64,000 bases of DNA, taken from positions 23,684,001 through 23,748,000 of the forward strand of contig OX597814.1 of assembly GCA_951406725.2 (NCBI GenBank), written 5' to 3'. This stretch comes from Octopus vulgaris. Its lineage: Eukaryota. Positions 12,190 through 25,984 of the stretch are shown here, piece by piece. A model generated the notes under the pieces. The model worked only from the letters and a program-made list of their open reading frames with translations. It made no database searches and had not been told where the DNA came from. The translations under genes and the position numbers were made by a program. Within the stretch, counting starts at the first letter, position 1. Each line of letters opens with the position of its first letter.

Positions 12190-13863
12190 GAAAGTATTTT
12201 ACAGTTGCTGGAAAAGTATTGTTCACCCAGTCAGAGTACTGCTACTTATGGAAGAGTGACAACTTGAGCCTTTTCAAGAAACCCTGTCTGTAAATGTTTA
12301 AAGGTAACTGATAACTGTAAGGTTTATTGTGATTGGTCTGACTGACACGAGCTGGCTAGTCACAGAAGATACTAGTACATGCTGCTAATCTGCCTTAACA
12401 GATAGGTTAGTTATCGTAAACTACACTTGTCCTGATAGCCCTTGGCTGGCTGAGTGCTGTATCAATAGGTGCAAATATCAGTAGAAAGTTTTGTGCTATA
12501 GAAACATAGGATCTATGCAAGTGCTTTACACAGTTTCCCATTGACATTAGTTCTATTCTAAACCACAGTAAGTTAAAGTTCAGATTTTATATGGGGTATA
12601 TACGATGACCCCCAGTTTTGGAGTGATTTTTTTAAAGTTTAAATTCCATCCTGGTATATAAATTATTTTAATTTCCTGCCTGGTTTATAGTTGTATCTCA
12701 ATAGTTCCTATCAAGGTTATAGCCAATATAAACATTTACAAGCAACCTATAATCTAGTTCCCTAAATAAAGCTTTCTTCAGTTAGCTCTGACAATATCTT
12801 GTACAAGTGTCAGTTCAATAGTTCACTTTGTTGTTGTTTGGTCCTAGGTCAGTTCTGGTCAACAGACTATAATCAAAGGCATTCTAGTCACGATGAGCGT
12901 ACCTTAATTTTCAAGAATTGGTGCATCAAGGATGAAATTATTCAATGAGTTTTTTTCTTTTAAGAAGTAAAGGTGTGATTAGAAGCATCTTCATCTTATT
13001 GATTGATATTTCTAACAGATTGAACAATAACATAGTACTCCTTCACTGACTTGAGTTGCTGAGAGAGAGCTGTCACAGTTAAGGTATCAGAGCATTTTAT
13101 TTTTAATCAGTATGCCACTACATAACCACAAAATAAGCAATGGCTGCACTGGAAATAATCACAGTTGGCACAGCTAATGCAGGAAAGAATAAATTATTAA
13201 AGATGTTAGCAAAGGTTTGCAGATCAACTCATAATCTAGGCCTAGTTTGGCAATTCATGTTGAAATTATATGAAAGAAGCAACATTTGGATACTTGTCTA
13301 ATATCAAACAAGTAGTTTATTAATCCTTTCAGTATCCCTCATACTAAAATGTTCATATTTGAATTAAAATATCAATAAAAAATTCATCATAACATGATTA
13401 GCATGTGTAAAATACCTCACTATATACAGACATACATACACACTAACACACACATGCCTGTATATTGACACTATTGGATTGAATGGTTCAGCTTTGTGCC
13501 AAAACCATAACGATGATGGGATGTCTACATTATTTAGATAAATTTCATTGTAACTGTGATGTTTATGTAGTTGTTTGTATATTTTTCTTTTTGATTCAAT
13601 TTTTTCTATAATTTTATGTTCTTCAACATCTTCTTGTTATCCTTAATTGTAGTCTTAGATATTCTGGGTCTTTCCATTGTTTAGCATAAATCCAGGTCAA
13701 GCTTTAATTGTTGCTCTTCCATTTTATTTATGTTTATATTTTTCTATCAACCATTGACTTCTGGAGTTCAACCAAGAGTTCAACCTGAACTTTTACTATA
13801 TTAACAACTACCAAAAGTTCATAATCTCAATTTAAGGAAAACTTGAAACAGCAATGAACACTG

Positions 13864-14121
13864 CACCCACCTTCTAAAACTAAATCATAAAAATGAATTC
13901 ATTAAAAATTCTGATACTTATTATTGCATTAGTTGCTTCCATTCAGCATTTATGATATGATATTGTAAATACATATGGTAAATAAGATTTACACACCCAC
14001 CTCCCAAAACTAAATCATAAAAATGAATTTATTCAAAATTCTGATACTTTTTATTGCATTAGTTGGTTCCATTCAGCATTGTTGGTATGATGTTGTAAAT
14101 ACATATGGTAAATAAGATTTA
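13864..14121. repeat. Tandem duplication, 130-bp period
   Basis: cacccac...aataagattta occurs twice at roughly 90% identity. Confidence 0.93.
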
Positions 14122-16240
14122 TGCATAAAATCCTAATGCAGTTTCTGATTTGTGTATAAAGGGATTATTTATTTACTTAAAAAAGCAGATAGTTTCTTTC
14201 ATTATTTTAAAATATTTCTACTGTTTCAAAGCCACTATTATCCAGAAGTTAATGTCTTACCCCTGAGTTTAAACTTGGTATATAGTTGCAGAATTAATTA
14301 TATTATGAATCAGTTTTGTAATATACCTTTTGGCATATTATAAAATGATTTTTTTTATATCTGTTATCATAATGGTTCATTGAAATGTATATGACAAGTC
14401 AATTATCAGAAGACCTTAAGATTTGATAAAATTGAAATGTTATCTGTTAGCACAATTTATTCCTGCAGGACAACTGATCAATATTATCTTTTAGCAACAC
14501 AGCAAGTTTGGGATGGTGAATGTCAAAAAAAATTGGCACACGTAAATAGTATGATTAAGGTTCCTTTTCTATTTTCCTAAAATGTCTGATAAATCTAAAG
14601 GTTCTTATGAAATGGAGCCTGCAGTCTAAGACTATTATTTCTCAGAAATGAGAATCTAGTTTAATATTGATAAATTTTGTTTTAAAAAGACACAGAAATA
14701 TATTACATTATCTTGAGAGAATTAAAACTTTTTCTCCATTCATATATCTTTTCTAAAGAATTATTACTTGGACAGTTATTTGTATAAATATGACTCCATT
14801 ACTATATTCTTCAATTTTGTTTTGTAATATGCTAAAAGAGAGAATTAACAGAAAAAAATGAATACTAGGAAATAAATATCAATCATCAGAATTTCTGGTG
14901 CCTTTAAGCCTTGTATCAGAAGTGTTTACAGATTAGCTCCCTTGTTGAAAGTAGAAAGCTATCAATGTAAAACAACAAGATATAAAGCAACAGACTTGAA
15001 AAAAGAAATGGAATAAGAACTTGCTCATTAAATCCTTGTGAAAATAAGTAGAGAAAGCAATTCTGTTCTGTTTTAGTATATGAAGCAAGAAGTGCTTTTA
15101 TATCTTTAAAACATGTATAGAAAAAGCTGTCATAATTTTGTAAAGTATTGTTTTGACAATTCTCTATGTTGTGCTCGAAAGTAAAGACATTACAAAAACT
15201 ACATGATGCATAATTCATGGTAAACGAGTGACTGTTATTGTTTTCATAAACAAAACCTGTCTCTTGCAAACCAAATAGAAAATACTTAATGCAATATCTA
15301 TGCAATGTCTAAGACAGTTATTCACTTGTGTTCATCAAAATTTGATTTTGAGATTATTTTTTTAAGGTATTCTAAGCTAAAGTAATAAATTAACACCAGC
15401 CGAAATTATTTAGTTTCACCACATATTATACTATTGTTTTCTATGTTTTTCCAAGGAAATTTCAGTCATATTACATTGTCATATTACATTTTCTCACAAG
15501 TGTCAAAAATATACTTTGGGGAAATTTATGTTTAAAAAATAACTCAAAAATAAATATTTGACGAAGACAAGTGTGTAAAGTTCAGGTAAGTTTCTTTTAG
15601 AGTTTTATTACATTTAGACCAGAACTTAAAACAATTTAGCAAGGAATTTACTGAACAGATAGACGATGTTCAGCAGGTGTCTGCTTTCAGCTATCTTTTA
15701 TTAATAATTATAGTTTCTGAATCAAAACCTCAAGCATAAAGATCTGGGTATCTTAAATGGAGACATCATAAGTAGTGAAGATTCTTACAATGTACAAAGC
15801 AGGAGAACATACAGCATATGATTGAGAGGAAGCACAAGTTTTATTTTGTTACTGGTACCTTGACAAAATGCATCTAGTACACTCTGTAAAGTGGTTGGTA
15901 TAACAAAGATCATCTGTCAGTAGAAACCATGCAAACAATGATACATGGAAGTGACACACAATCCTCTGATCCATCTAGGATGGTAGTAAATTTGAATAGG
16001 AACTGGTTCACATTATGATTACTGTTCAATATATGTCTACATGAAAAACAAATATGAATGAAAATGATGATGGTGTCAACATTGATGGCTGTGATGATGA
16101 TGATGATGACAGTGGCCGCAGCAGTGGAGGTAGTAGTGACAATGATAAACTTAAATGTTAGGACTGTAAGTAATCATAACAACGTATTTTGTCCAATGCT
16201 CAAAGGGTTATGCGTATTCACCATCTTTAATTTTGTTCTA

Positions 16241-16410
16241 ATATTGATTTCAAATTTTGGCACAAGGTTAGCAAGTTGAGGGTGGAGCTAAGTCAATTGC
16301 ATAGACCCTAGTACTCAACTGGTACTTATTTTATTGACCCCAAAATGATGAAAGGCTAAGTTGACCTCAGTGGAATTAGAACTCAGAATGTAAAGACGGA
16401 CAAAATACCA
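16241..16410 (-). mobile_element. tRNA-derived SINE fragment (8297 family)
   Basis: Core aactggtacttattttattgacccc. Confidence 0.75.
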
Positions 16411-17639
16411 TGCTAGTAATTCCACTAAAGGTTTTATCATTTCTAAATACGTTCCAATGTTATATATTTATGATTATTTTCCTAATATGCTGTGCATAGG
16501 TATTTCTAGATTTGATGTGGTTTTCTAGGTGTTTAGCATACTGTGTTCAGTTGTTTCAGCAATTGATAGGAAAGTCACAATAGGTATTTAATTATTTTAG
16601 CAAATGAGATCACTGCCCATCCTGAAATGTATTTATATAGTTTTCAAATACATATGTTTGAATCTGTATTTAAATTCAATTTCTCAATGACAGCCAATCA
16701 AATGTAAAACACATTAGATAGCTATATAAGAGAAGAAATTGATACATAAGCAATTGGACAGACAAACAGCTTTATATTTTATATTTTATGCTAAGCTTCT
16801 ATGAGAACCATATCAGCTTCTCTTGACAAGGTGAGAGGCTGATTTTTCTTGAACGCTATACCAAATTGAATTTAATTTAAGATCTAATTGACTTTTGTTT
16901 TATTGATTCAGCAAAAATACAACCAAAGTTCATTGCGATGAAATTTCAGCAGAGAGCAATGTAGCAAACTAGATACTGTCAAGTAACACATCTGGCATCC
17001 AACTGAATCCCAAATTTCCAATCTCTTATGATAATATTATTCACAGAATATTCAAAACTAATTACATAAATGCAAACATAGCAATGTGGTTAAAGTGTCT
17101 GCAGCACAACCACAAGATAACATACTAAGAGACTGAACCAAGAAATATGTGGTTGGGAAGAAAGATTCTTACCACACAACCATGCCTGTGTCTTCAATAT
17201 ATACATACATACCTACCTACATACATAAATATATATATATACTTTTGGAAGTTAAATGATATGACCAGCTATAACATTTAACTTCCTAAAAATATATATT
17301 CCTGCTCCAATGCTTTAGAGTGTGCTTCTTTCTTGGATTTATGAACTGTGCCCCCCCCCCACACACACACACACATTTATGTATTTGCTTCTGGTGGGTA
17401 GTGAAATAAAATATTTTATGATTTTGCATGAAGTTTTGGTGTGGTTTGGGAAAGGTTACTTCTCTTTATGTGTATTTTAATTTCTAATGTAATGAAAAAT
17501 TAAGCTAACAAACCAGAATATGGAAAGGGTTATGTTCATATATAGAGACCCCCACAGTATGTATGTCTCTTGGCTTTTGTCTTATGGTTTCAGTCAGAAG
17601 CTGAAATCATGCTGGGGCATCGTCTTTAAGAATAATTGC

Positions 17640-18135
17640 ACTTCTTTTCTGTATTGTTTCTGGTGAAGTATCAAGTTGAACAGAACTGTTCATCTTTGTG
17701 CCTCCTTCCAGAACATAGGTTCATCTGGTATCTCGGATAAGAATTTTTCCAATTGTTCTTTGAAGATTGTCATACCTCACAAATCTCTGAAATTGTTTGT
17801 CAGAAAGTTGAATAGTTATCAACCCTTGAAATTCAAGCCATTACAATACTGGGTCTTTATTCCATATGGAGAAGGCAAGATCTTTGGTTCCATGCTACTA
17901 TGCAGTGCTATCCATTTTGATGGTTGGTAAAGCATTCATTTCCAAAGTTGGGTGCTAAACATTCCAGGATCTTCCATACATATACCCAGCTTATCTTTCA
18001 TATCTCTCTAGGCGGTGGAGCTTCAGTTACTTTAGGCTCTCCCAGTATTTTATCTGTTACACCAAGTCAATTTTCTTTGTGTAGTGGTACTGGATTGCTT
18101 ATGATAGTATGTTGTGCTGATTCCACAACCATATT
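17640..18135 (-). mobile_element. CR1/L2-group LINE 3' remnant
   Basis: Frameshifted translation gives YVWKILECLAPNFG, QYCNGLNFKG and FKEQLEKFLSEIPDEP. Confidence 0.75.
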
Positions 18136-18645
18136 TTATGCATAAGGCTTTGGTTGTTTGTGGTTATGTTATAACCAAAGGGTAAAACCCCAAACTACCA
18201 TAACTCATGGTTGTGATGTAAACTTTTCAACCTCTCTGCTACACCTGTAACTGATTATTGAATGATCCTTAAAATAGCCACCATTATCTGCAAATCACTA
18301 AAGGTGGTTTAGCAGATTCACATGTAGCATATTTCTGGCAACGATATCACTTAAAAGAGAAGAGTCTGCTACAGTTAGGTCTCTTGCAATAAAAAAACAA
18401 CAACAAAAAACAAAAAAAAAATTCCTTTTTGATTACCAGAATCTGAGAAGACCAAGCAAATGAGAATTGTCAGTCATCTCAACCAATTAATAATCACCAA
18501 AATAAGCAATTAAATTATACTAGGAATTTTTTAAAGCACTTTATCTATAGAGATCATTTTTTAATTAGTGAACCTTTTCTTGCTTCCTTGGTTTTCTTTA
18601 TTCTATATTCTTCACTTGTTTTCTTCATATTTGAAATTCATAATT

Positions 18646-18962
18646 TTTCTTTTTTCCTGTAATGAAATTTTCTAACCAGCTTAAGAGTTAATACCCTTTG
18701 ACAAATAAATGCCTGATAATCAGATTGAATAGATTGAAATTTTCCATAGGCAACCAGATTAAAAAATTCAAAATGTTAATTTTAAAGAAATACCAGGAGG
18801 AGAATAAAGCTAGACATATTTTGGCTGTCATATACATATACATACATACATATATATACATATACACACACATACATATACACACACACACATATATATA
18901 TATATAAGTATATATGTGCGTGTGTGTCTGTGTATGTATGGCTATATATATATGCAAGTATA

Positions 18963-19023
<61 letters not shown>

Positions 19024-20658
19024 GTATGTATATATGTGTGTATCTGTGTATGTATGAATACACACACACACACACATATATATATCTGTAACTATGTCAA
19101 CCATGATTATAAAATTACTTTATTTTCTTTTGTTATGAAACTATGAATCTTGAGTTTGGCATTTTACTACCAGATTATTTTCTATGAATTAAATTAGGTC
19201 TACTCATTCTTTCTCCTCGCATTTTGTCTTTGTGTGTGTATGTGTGTGTACATGCGTGTGTCAGTATGTCTGTCTGTCTGTGCATGTGTATGCGTGAACA
19301 TTGTGCTATAAATGTCAACAAGTATTAAAAGAACTTAGCATAGGTGATGAGAAAGCTATTTACTTATTAATGGGAATTATGCAGCTATTCATATGTGGGG
19401 CAACCACTGATTAGAAGTAGTAGGTTTAAATAGAAAAGAGAATGATGGCAGAAGATACATAAAGGATAAAGGGAGAAGAATGTAGGAAATGCAGTGATTG
19501 GAGTGGTGGTGGGGGAGATGATAGAAGGGAGAGTAATGGAAGAGAGACAGTGATGAAAGCTACTTGTATACTGGTGAGAGAGCAAGAGATGGATTATCAT
19601 AGAGATGTACAAAAGTATAAGAGTGTGATGAGTGTCAATAAGTGACTTAGAAGAGAGTGAGAGAGAGAGAGAGAGAGAGAGATGGTTACCAACACACAAG
19701 GATATTAGTGGAGTGTATCAGATACACACAGATGTCAGACACACCCTACTTATGCATGCAATTTGTTGATTGATTTATTGATTGATTGATTGATACATAG
19801 ATAGACAGACAGTCAGACAGACAGAAGAAAGAGGGAATTAACTGATGGAGGTAGGATTGAATATGGGCTGATGGATACCTTGTCACAATGACAGAATGAT
19901 ACAGAGAGAAAGAAAGAGAATGAGTGGGGAGATTTATGAGTGATGTAAAGATCACTTAGATAATGCAGCAGTCAAATATTGAGTTTAGTTTATTCAGCTA
20001 TTTCTTTCTCCAATGTCTGAGGCCCCATAATACTCCTAGAAATCAATGTTTGAACAAAATCAATAAATCCATAAAATTTGACACTGAACTATAACAAGAA
20101 TATATTGATGTATCAACTAAATATTAATTCTATAATAAAAAGACACCAGAACAAGCTACATCACTTATAAGCTAAACTACATGATATATATAAAAATCAA
20201 AGCTTATCAGTCAAAGCTTATAGCCAAACACAAAAAATAAAGAATCCAGTCATACAGCCTGAGAAGCAACAAAATACCTTCAAACTGTTTGTTACATTCC
20301 TTAAGAAGTTTTAAGACTCTTTGGTTTCAAAATAATGGGATTAAGATACTACATCTGTATCATATGTGTGATACTCCTTACTAAAAGTAGGATTTTCTGA
20401 TAAAACAAAAAGTGAATTTTATTCTATGTAGCTGGAACATTGAAAGTTATATTGTTATATTCTTGGTAAGTTCCCAACAACAAAATATGTCTAGCTTTAT
20501 TCTCCTCCTGGTATTTCTTTAAAAATAACATTTTGAATTTTTTAATCTGGTTGCCTATGGAAAATTTCAATCTATTCAATCTGATTATCAGGCATTTATT
20601 TGTCAAAGGGTATTAACTCTTAAGCTGGTTAGAAAATTTCATTACAGGAAAAAAGAAA
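18646..20658. repeat. 178-bp inverted repeat (18646-18823 / 20481-20658)
   Basis: The arms are reverse complements with one mismatch. The ORF track shows the same peptide on both strands. Confidence 0.97.
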
Positions 20659-22815
20659 TGAATGGGCAGTAGATTTAATCTGCCTCCCAGTTCAATCCCA
20701 CCCTCTGGTATCAAGGTGCCTTTGGTCCACTTTGTGCATAGGTCTCTAGTCAAAGAAAAGCTTCTTCCATGAATGTTCAAAGGCACCCAAAAATGCTTGC
20801 AGGATATTGCCCTTCCCACTCTGATTAAGCAATACCTGACCTGAAACTTACATTTTTTCTATTCCTGCCAAACAATAAAACTAACCATCCATAGAGAAGT
20901 TGTAGAAATTCAGCAATGGATCTCTGACTTGAACATTGAAGTAACGAATATTCAAGCAAAAAAATCCATACAGAATCACACAATGAAGGATTATATTTGA
21001 AAGCTTTGCTTACAAACTTGCCCACAACCATAGTTGGTCTAGATTACAAGACATTTGTTCAGATAGTCTTGCCAAATCACTGCTGTAGATTTGTGCATTT
21101 CATTGACATTACAATAATGAAAAACAAGATTAGCCATGGCAAGTTTTGAACACAGAGCTTAGACAATTTCAATAAATACCATAAAGCATTCTATCTGTCA
21201 GTCCAACAGCTCTGCCAATTCACCAGCTAAATTGCACTCTGCAGCATTGCTAAAAACTAAGTACAAAGAGTCAAAAGTCTTAATTAGAAACAAAGGTGTG
21301 AGCAGAAAGTTCAGATAAGTGGATCACTTTGGGAATTAAAACTGCAAATATGACTTTCAAGGAGCCTACCAATAACTATTTAGTTAATTTACTACAGATA
21401 ATATAATGTACACCAAATATATGTGTGTACTTAATAATGAAGTAGAATGTATCTTGAGGCTGGTTTGCTGTAACAGCTCAAGAGTAACAGTATGTATTTA
21501 ATATTTAGACTATTTAATTAGAGAATGAAGGTAGTGCTGACAAAATTTCTGAACTATAAGAAAGATATGAGAAGATTGGTATCTTTGTAATTTACTTAGT
21601 ATTCAAAAAGTAAATTACATGGAACATTAGAAGCGTGATGTTGTATAGTAAAGGGAACTGCAAAAAGAAACCCACAGCAATTATAGGGAAATAATCTATC
21701 TTAAAAGTGCTGCATGAACATCTATGTCAAGCTCAGTGAGTAAAAGTAGACTAAGGAGATGACTGGTTATCAAAGTAATAAAAGCTGATTGCATTGGTAT
21801 AAAGATAAAAAAATAATCGATAAATTGTCTTTATATGGAAATGGATCTGAAGTAAATAAAAATCAAAGTAGTACATAAAAGACAGACAGATTTAGGTTGA
21901 GGTCAGATCTTAGAAATTTAGGTTTTCCAAGTAAAATGACAAAGGATAGTAATAAGTAGATAAAGGCTTTACAGTAGTGCCTTTGGCTCATTATATGAGG
22001 GAAAGAAATCAAAGACATTTAGAAAAGTAAGAATCAACTATGCTACTACATTAACCTACATTTTCTTTGAAAGCATCAACTTTATTCGGTGGGAGAAAGT
22101 GAGGCTGACACATTTTTAATGAACAGACTAATAAAGCTATAAATTAAAAATCTATACTAAATAATAATAGGCTTAAAGGTTTTAAAATATATAGATTTCC
22201 ATTGTTAAGGGATATATCTGCTCCAAACATCCATGTGTTGATTTTGATTTTATCTCCTAATTGGTATTCCAGAAATTTCTGTCTAACTTTGTTGTTTTGT
22301 TGAAAGTTAGTAGTTCTAGCTTTTATGGCTTATTACAAGGCAGAGATGATCTTTGAAGGTATTTAGAAAATATTTAAAAGAAATAAGCTGCTAGATATTT
22401 TAATATGGTTAGGTAGTAGCTTACGGTTTGTTTGACCTGTTAGAAATAACACAACCAACCGTTTTAAATAGAAATGAACATATTGGAATATATAGAACTA
22501 CATAAGCATGAAAAAAAGTAAAGACAATTATTGTAGCTGAGCCACCTCATGTCACAGGTTTGCTTCATCTTGATAAGGGTTAACTTGAAGCTAAATAACA
22601 ATAAAGTAGCTCACTTATAGTTTCAATACATAAATTAAATCCAAACAAATTAGATAGATAACCAGATTTCAAAAACTTTCCAATACTGTATTTGACCAAA
22701 ATACAGCAACATTAGTATGCATGGCAGCAGTTCTTCATAGGTGTTTCATTATCCTCCATTTCCTTTTAAAAAAATGGCAATTACGAACTATACAGGTAGG
22801 CAATATACAAACATG

Positions 22816-22867
<52 letters not shown>

Positions 22868-23131
22868 TACTCACATACACGCACACATGTATACATTCAT
22901 ACATACATACATACATATATACATGCATACGTTCATACATATATACATACATGCATATATTCATACATATATACACACATGCATGCATACATAAATACAT
23001 ACATACATACATACATACATACATAACATACATACATACATGCATACATGCATACATACATTCATACATACGTACATACATACATATATACATGCACACA
23101 TACATACATACATACATGCACACATACATAC
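22816..23131. repeat. (CA)n/(TACA)n compound microsatellite
   Basis: Direct reading. One of many such tracts (e.g. 18830-19085, 25870-25980, 31650-31740, 34600-34970, 47230-47390). Confidence 0.95.
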
Positions 23132-25070
23132 AAACTGAATATTGCCGTGTGAAAGGCAATACCATCAAGGTAATAAATCCTCCTCCCCAGGAGTCATTCT
23201 GGTGGGGAATCTGGGATGTAAACAAAGGATACAATCGTGATGCAGCAGCATTAAATGAAATACAGAATGAATATTATGCAAATGCCTCTCCCAAAATATA
23301 TAACATCACCAGTGAAACACTCCACATGTTTATTAGGTACAAAGAGCTCATGTTTTACAGAGGGATTCTCAAAACTCTGTTTAAAAGAAAATGGAAGCAA
23401 AACTAAATGTACCAGATTGGTTGACAGTTGCATGGACTACTCTTATACCCAAGAACAAAGAGACCCATGTGGCCAAAAACTATAGGCCCATTGCACACTT
23501 GAATACTTTGTACAAACTGTACACAGGCTATCTGAATATGTTTCTCCAAGGGCACTGTCAAACAAATGGTGGTTTTTGATTCTGTCCCTACTCATGGATG
23601 ATGGAATTACTAAACCTTGCCTAAGGATCCCACTGCTATAATGAATGCCATTCAAAGAGTGACAACAACATGGTCCACACATGGACAACTACTAATGTAA
23701 CACCTATTGTTACAGATAGAATTAAGCTTTCGAGAGGCATATTCCTGTGTGATAGTTTACTTATAATGTTGTCTGTCAGCTTTATTTATAATGTTGTTTG
23801 TCATCTGTGTTAGCAAAATGACATGGTTACATAGTGTGACATGCAAAAAAGAATAAAATTAATACTACTCACACATTTTTTGTTGATGACCTAAAGTTGT
23901 ATTCTGCTAACATAAACAACATCAAGAGACAGTTAAAACTAGTCACAACATTCTCATGAGACATACAAATGGAATTTGGGCAAGATAAATACTCATACAT
24001 GATAGCCAGCTGAGGGAAGATTGGTGACCACACAAGAGAACATGTACATCAATGGCTTGCCTATCTAACCAATTTCTAATGATGAAAACTATAAGTATCT
24101 TGGAATTGATGAGAATGTTGCATACATTGGTGCTGTGACTAAAGCGAAAGTAACAAAAGAGTACTTCAATAGACTCTAGAAAATATGGAACTCGGAGCTG
24201 ACAGCATTTAACAAGACCATATATGGTAATGCTTTTGCAGTACCACCACTAGTACCAACATTTGGGATATTGGACTGGATATAACAGCAACACCAATAGG
24301 ATCTATGTGAGATGAAGAACTTACAGTAGAAGTATAAGGTCAGTCCAATCAGTTGTTGAATATTGCATTGTATCACTCATACAATACCCAGCGAACAGCA
24401 AAGAAAGAAATGAGTAACATTGTATGCATACTCAAAAGTGAGAGCAACAACATCTTCAGAGTTGAAAAACTACTAAGCAATACTTTGAGAATAAAACTGT
24501 CTCATGCGACCCAAAGGAGGCTGGACTGGCCTGCCTAAACAAGCTTGGAGAAAAAGCTGGCATCATATCAGCAAAAAGCAATGCACAGGTACTTAGCCTG
24601 TTGTTGTTGTTTGTTTGTTCCTTCTTGAGCCGCACCAGGCTCATAGGGCCGGTTTCCCGGTTTCCTTGGTGTATAGGTTCCCCACCTGGATGGGATGCCA
24701 GTCCATCACAGGGGAGCTGCAAAAGGCAGGAGGAAAGAATGAGAGAAAGTTGTGGTGAAAGAGTCAGCAGAAGTTTGCCATTACCTTCTACCGGAACCAC
24801 ATGGAGCTTAGATGTTTCACTCATAAGCACACATGTCACCCAGTCTGAGATTCAAACCCACGATCCCTCGACCGTGAGTCCACTGCTCTAACCACTAGGC
24901 CATGTGCCTTCACACATATCCTGTTAGTTAGAGGATAGCAACAATATAGACTAACCTCACATGGACTTGTGATAGATACATTACATTCCACCTAGAAGGA
25001 TATGCCTTTGCTATCCAGGAACAGGAGATAGCTGCTAAATACCCGCTAAACAACAGATACAAAAATACCC
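23132..25070 (+). mobile_element. R4/Dong-like (RLE) non-LTR retrotransposon remnant
   Basis: Decayed RT motifs PDWL..TTLIPK..KNYRPIA.LNTLYKL, RGIF..DSL, FVDDLKLY, EFGQDK, YKYLGIDE, KIWNSEL and LEGYAFAIQEQEI. Confidence 0.8.
24600..24912 (-). mobile_element. tRNA-derived SINE inserted in the R4-like element
   Basis: tRNA-like head at the right end and a (CAA)n tail. A paralog lies at 25225-25523. Confidence 0.85.
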
Positions 25071-25224
25071 ACCAAACCTTCTTGGTATTCTGCTCTTCAG
25101 TGCCAAAAGAATAAGGCTGTAACTTTGTTACTCATCACCACCACCATCAAAGTTTTAAATTCCCTGAAAAATGGTCATGTATATTGCCTGTCCTCCTCTG
25201 GCTAAGCCACACAAAAAAGTTTTG

Positions 25225-25523
25225 TTGTTTTGTTTGTTCCTTTTCAAGCCATGTTTGGCTCATAAGGGCCAGTTTCCCGGTTTCCTTGGTGCATAAGTTC
25301 CCCACCTGGACGGGACGCCAGTCTGTCGCAGGTGAACTGAAAGATGCAGGAGGAAAGAGTGAGAGAAAGTTGTGGCGAAAGAGTCAGCAGAAGTTCGCTA
25401 TTATCTTCTGCCAGAGCAGCATGGAGCTTAGGTGTTTTGCTCATAAACACATACATCGCCCAGTCTGAGATTCAAACCTACGATCCCTCGACCGCAAGTC
25501 TAACAACTATGCCATGTGCCTCC
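25225..25523 (-). mobile_element. tRNA-derived SINE (24600 family)
   Basis: High similarity to 24600-24912. Confidence 0.85.
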
Positions 25524-25884
25524 ACTCAAAAAAATGTTTTAAAAACCACAGATACAAAAGCAATTCCAGGAAAATTACAAAATAATTTAAAACAATATAA
25601 AATGCATGTTCTCCATTTTTAGGACTCATACAAAACAAAGTAAATGCAATATTAATCATGGAATTCAGTATAAATTCTGTACCAGATCACCAATCACATT
25701 CTGTGAATATCAAGAAATCAAGGTTGTCCTGCTTTAGATCTGTTCTATGTATTTCCATTATAATCATCACAACAGTATTTAACTATACATGAACAGAATG
25801 GTGTACATAAAATGGTCTCTGAAAAGACTAATGCACCACACACACACACGCACAAACACGCACACTCACATTATATATATATAT

Positions 25885-25946
<62 letters not shown>

Positions 25947-25949
25947 ATA

Positions 25950-25984
<35 letters not shown>

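Larger units (their letters stand above)
11127..12660 (-). mobile_element. pogo-family DNA transposon remnant
   Basis: TA followed by the ccgtatatactggc terminus, repeated gggtata..atgaccc subterminal motifs, and a transposase N-terminus at 11905-12189. Confidence 0.75.

Noticed and set aside
15456-15585. Exon bounded by ccaag and gtaagt
   Set aside because: All three frames contain stops and there is no other support.
22721-23406. Long His/Thr/Tyr/Ile-rich ORFs (also 4753-5064, 18688-19146, 25789-26043, 62285-62819)
   Set aside because: These are translations of (CA)n, (TA)n and (TACA)n microsatellites, not genes.
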